Assembly: GCA_037305845.1 (NCBI GenBank)
Contig: CP147778.1
Span: 1,184,001-1,248,000 of the forward strand
DNA from: Candidatus Freyarchaeum deiterrae
GTDB lineage: Archaea > Asgardarchaeota > Jordiarchaeia > Jordiarchaeales > Jordiarchaeaceae
Direction: 5' to 3'
DNA length: 64,000 bases
The position numbers and the translations under genes were made by a program. The stretch's first letter is position 1, and the number at the start of each line of letters is the position of its first letter. Below, one piece after another: positions 60,792 through 64,000 of this stretch. The notes under the pieces were generated by a model. The model searched no databases, was not told the DNA's origin, and saw only the letters and a program-made list of their open reading frames with translations.

Positions 60792-61961
60792 CTATTTCTT
60801 AATTTTGCTTTTTAGCCAGTAAGGAGCAGCTTGAACCAGTATTCTATTATAGGATTTTCTCCCAAGTAAAAGGTCGCCTATCAGTTTCTGCATGCTTTTA
60901 TCGGACATGATCCCGCTTCCCGCTTTTGAGGACTGCCCCTTTAAGAAATAATTTTTGAGCCACACTCCCCATTTCAAATCGCTGCCAATTTGTTTTTTTA
61001 ATTTTTTCTGATAATCTGACAAAACTTTCTCGCCGTAATTATTTTTTTGAAACGCGTTATTGATAACTTCGGCAGCGATTTCTCCGCTCTTCATAGAGTA
61101 ATACATACCTTCTCCAGTGATTGGAGATACCGTGCCTGCCGCATCTCCCAAAAGAACTATTCTGTCGGAATAGATTTTAGAGGTTAGACCTGAAAGCGGA
61201 ACTAAGGCAGCGTCGAACCGAATTACTTTGGCTCCTTCCAGTTTCTTAGAAGCGACGGGATGTTTATTGACAAAATTTTCGAGGTAGTTTTTCAGATTTT
61301 CTTCAACTTTTGACAAAAGTGCCCCCACACCCACCGCGATACAGTCTCTCTTTGGAAATATCCAAGCGTAGCCGAAGGGAGAGACATCGCCGCCGTAGTA
61401 GAACTCGTTTCTTCTTCCAAATCTTTCATCTATTAATTCGGGCTTCATGCTCATTAAATATTGTACACAGAAACCAAGAGACGAACGGTCTTCAGTTGGA
61501 TTCAATAAATTTTTGATAAAAGAATTTGCACCATCTGCTCCTACAACCATTTTTGTTTTTACCGTTTCAGATATCGATAGCTCCACATAGTCTTGTTGCA
61601 CCTTTAATTTTTTAACGCGTTCTTTTGACCTCACTTCCGCACCAGCAGAAATCGCCTTTTGAGCTAAATATTTTCCGAGTTTTGTGCGATGAACGTTGCC
61701 CCCCACTCTCTCATTGTAGTCTATGTTAAAAGATTCTCCCTCTCTATAAGCCACTCTAACCCCCCAAATTTCCCTTTCCAAGATACTATCATCCAAAGCA
61801 AACTCATGTAAAGCTCTCTCTGTCAGCATACCTCCGCAGGGCTTATCTATATTGGGCTCGGCTCTATCATCTAAAACGAGTACATTAAGACCGTATGAAG
61901 ACAATTTTTCTGAACAAATAAGTCCAGCTGGTCCCCCGCCCACAACAATTATATCCATCAT
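60792..61961 (-). CDS. Geranylgeranyl reductase family flavoprotein
   Basis: VGGGPAG, KPCGG, GADG, GYAWIFPK and GDAAG..SPITGEG. Confidence 0.9.
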   Translation of the reverse strand: MMDIIVVGGGPAGLICSEKLSSYGLNVLVLDDRAEPNIDKPCGGMLTERALHEFALDDSILEREIWGVRVAYREGESFNIDYNERVGGNVHRTKLGKYLAQKAISAGAEVRSKERVKKLKVQQDYVELSISETVKTKMVVGADGANSFIKNLLNPTEDRSSLGFCVQYLMSMKPELIDERFGRRNEFYYGGDVSPFGYAWIFPKRDCIAVGVGALLSKVEENLKNYLENFVNKHPVASKKLEGAKVIRFDAALVPLSGLTSKIYSDRIVLLGDAAGTVSPITGEGMYYSMKSGEIAAEVINNAFQKNNYGEKVLSDYQKKLKKQIGSDLKWGVWLKNYFLKGQSSKAGSGIMSDKSMQKLIGDLLLGRKSYNRILVQAAPYWLKSKIKK

Positions 61962-62049
61962 AATTTAGATCCTCCAAAAGTATGCCTTTACAAACTACGA
62001 TAACAACAGGAAATTCATTTCTATCCAAATAATTTATGCTGTAAATGTT

Positions 62050-62835
62050 TTATTTTATACTTTTTATAGTGTTGAGGGAGATTTTTATGGCGTCGTCTAA
62101 TCCTTGTATTAATTCTGATGCGAACTTTTCGATGCCAGAAAAAATAAATCCTGTTGTAGGATTATCGCTTACTACCATAATCGCTGCGGTCTTTATGTTG
62201 TAGATTTTGCCCAGAGTAAAAATTGCTGAGCACTCCATATCTATTCCCACGCATCCCTTTTCGACAGCCTTTTTGAATAGTTCTGGAGTTTCTCGAAATA
62301 GAGCGTCAGTTGTCCAAACCGGACCTATGTGGACATTCTTTCCATACTCTTTGGATTTTTGGATCAGCAGATTTGTTAATTCCGAATTAGCTTCTACTCT
62401 CTCGCCTTCCATATAATGTCTGGTGGTGCCGTCTCCCTTAAAGGCTGAATCTGCGATAATTATGTCGCCAATCTTAATATCGTCCCTTAGACTGCCTAGG
62501 AAGTCTACTCTAATCGCGGTCTTCACATCGGCATGGTGTAATGCCTCAAGAACAATAGCAGCCGCAGGGCACCCAATTCCAGTAGAAACCACGGAGACGC
62601 TTAATGAATCCACTTTTCCTAGGTGTGTTTGACCCTTGGTCTCGAGGTTTTTTATGTATCCTAAGATTACGTTGGTGACCGTGGAAGTTGCTGGAAGTAG
62701 CACTGTTTTCGCAATTGCATTCGGCCCGCAACCGAGTAAGAAATACACGATTCGAGAATCTTGAGACAACAACCTCATCCCTATAGATTTAGGCATAGCT
62801 TCAATGTTGTATTTTAAATTTTTCAGGAACCGCAT
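62050..62835 (-). CDS. Purine/uridine nucleoside phosphorylase (PNP_UDP_1 family)
   Basis: STGIGCP, WTTDALFRET, IDMECSA and VVSD motifs. Confidence 0.85.
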   Translation of the reverse strand: MRFLKNLKYNIEAMPKSIGMRLLSQDSRIVYFLLGCGPNAIAKTVLLPATSTVTNVILGYIKNLETKGQTHLGKVDSLSVSVVSTGIGCPAAAIVLEALHHADVKTAIRVDFLGSLRDDIKIGDIIIADSAFKGDGTTRHYMEGERVEANSELTNLLIQKSKEYGKNVHIGPVWTTDALFRETPELFKKAVEKGCVGIDMECSAIFTLGKIYNIKTAAIMVVSDNPTTGFIFSGIEKFASELIQGLDDAIKISLNTIKSIK

Positions 62836-63247
62836 AATTTAATGTACTATCTATTAAGAGATATCTTTTTACCAAAATGGGTTTCAAGAGCGGTTTCTTC
62901 TATGCCAGTTTTAAAATAAAATAAGGAAAAAGGAATGTTATAAAAGTATGGCTGAGTGAAAGTAAAGACTCCGATGTTCATTTAATATAAAGCATATATA
63001 GAGTATGTAACTGCCATTTTTAAGACTCCGCCTCCCTGCACTTCGAAACCTGTTTCTAAAAATCCAAGCCCTATTAATAACCATGGCTTTAATTGATACT
63101 ATTTTGAAAGCTTCACGGAAATGGGAGCACTTTTGCGCTAAATTTATTAAACTAATCTTGAGTTGTGTCTCGGAGAAAGTAATCTTGTCCACCGCGTAGA
63201 TAACTGTACGCTCACCTATTTGAAAAAGAATAACTGGTGCTGATGAA

Positions 63248-63457
63248 ATGAGTAAGAAAATAGAGCTAAGTGAGAATGAAGAAATCCTAGTAAAAGAAGT
63301 AATGGAAGAATTGGGCTTGAAAGGCGGCAAGGACAAGAGGCTAGTGTCAACAATAGGTAAGAGAACGAATTTTGACAGGCGAAGAATGATAGTTACGATC
63401 AAACGAGCGTTAATTGGAAGGGAAGAAGCCAATAATAGTAGCCCAATTCCAGAATAG
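63248..63457 (+). CDS. Small hypothetical protein upstream of hdrA
   Basis: 69 aa; its stop codon overlaps the GGAGGTG RBS of hdrA. Confidence 0.55.
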   Translation: MSKKIELSENEEILVKEVMEELGLKGGKDKRLVSTIGKRTNFDRRRMIVTIKRALIGREEANNSSPIPE

Positions 63458-63473
63458 GAGGTGGTAACCTCAG

Positions 63474-64000
63474 ATGAGTGAAAATGAGAAAAAAGCATCG
63501 GAAGTTGCTATCGGTGTCTACGTTTGCGAATGAGGCATTAACATAAAAAGCGTCGTTAACTGCGAAGAGGTAGCAGAATTCGCCAGTAAACTACCCAACG
63601 TAAAAACAGCGAAAACCTATTCATTCTTCTGCTCAGACCCCGGACAGAACATAATAAAGAAAGACGTTGAAACTCTAGGAATAAACAGAGTTGTAGTAGC
63701 ATCCTGCACACCAAAAATACATGAGCCGACCTACAGAGCCCTACTCGAAAGAGCGGGGATAAGCCCCTACTACTTCCAGATGGTTAACATCAGGGAACAG
63801 TGCTCTTGGGTACACTACAAGGATCCTAAGGAAGCCACGGAGAAAGCAAAGCAACTGGTCGCTGCCGGAGTAGCTAGAGCACGACTACTTGAGGATGTTC
63901 CTCAAAGGAAAGTGAAGGTCGAACCGGCGGTGCTTGTTGTCGGAGGCGGAATAGCGGGAATAAGCGCGGCGCTTACCATCGCAAATCACGGGCTGAAAGT
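63474..64000 (+). CDS. hdrA: Heterodisulfide reductase subunit A, 5' part, with in-frame UGA (probable Sec20)
   Basis: MSENEKKASEVAIGVYVCE(TGA)GINI...FCSDPGQ...RVVVASCTP.IHE...NIREQCSWVH...VLVVGGGIAG; frame stays open to the window end. Confidence 0.92.

Noticed and set aside
62938-63498. 186-aa - strand ORF
   Set aside because: It is antisense to the 63248 ORF and the hdrA start and has a shadow-ORF composition.

Overview
This is a gene-dense archaeal chromosomal window, most likely from an Asgard archaeon. That assignment is inferred from a profilin, longin- and roadblock-like domains, a membrane RING-finger protein, TFB, proteasome beta, AMP phosphorylase and a probable Sec-containing HdrA. 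Most of the window is housekeeping or metabolic: lig, psmB, moaA, tfb, tpiA, argS, asnS, nadA, geranylgeranyl reductase, two HDAC-family enzymes, a MoxR/DUF58/transglutaminase operon and lipid-metabolism genes. Five loci stand out. (1) 48.5-52.0 kb: a secreted protein plus a membrane protein, followed by an orphan divergent copy of the secreted protein's C-terminal domain with its own paralogous membrane protein, which looks like a polymorphic toxin/immunity array. (2) A solo TnpB with a Fanzor-like rearranged RuvC site, bounded by an 18/20-nt inverted repeat. (3) argS flanked by two tRNA-Arg genes carrying 2 and 3 BHB-type introns. (4) hdrA, missed by the ORF track, with an in-frame UGA at a conserved Cys position. 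(5) An HMG-CoA-synthase-like protein lacking its catalytic residues, in an operon with DUF35 and thiolase. All calls come from reading motifs by eye; no database searches were run.
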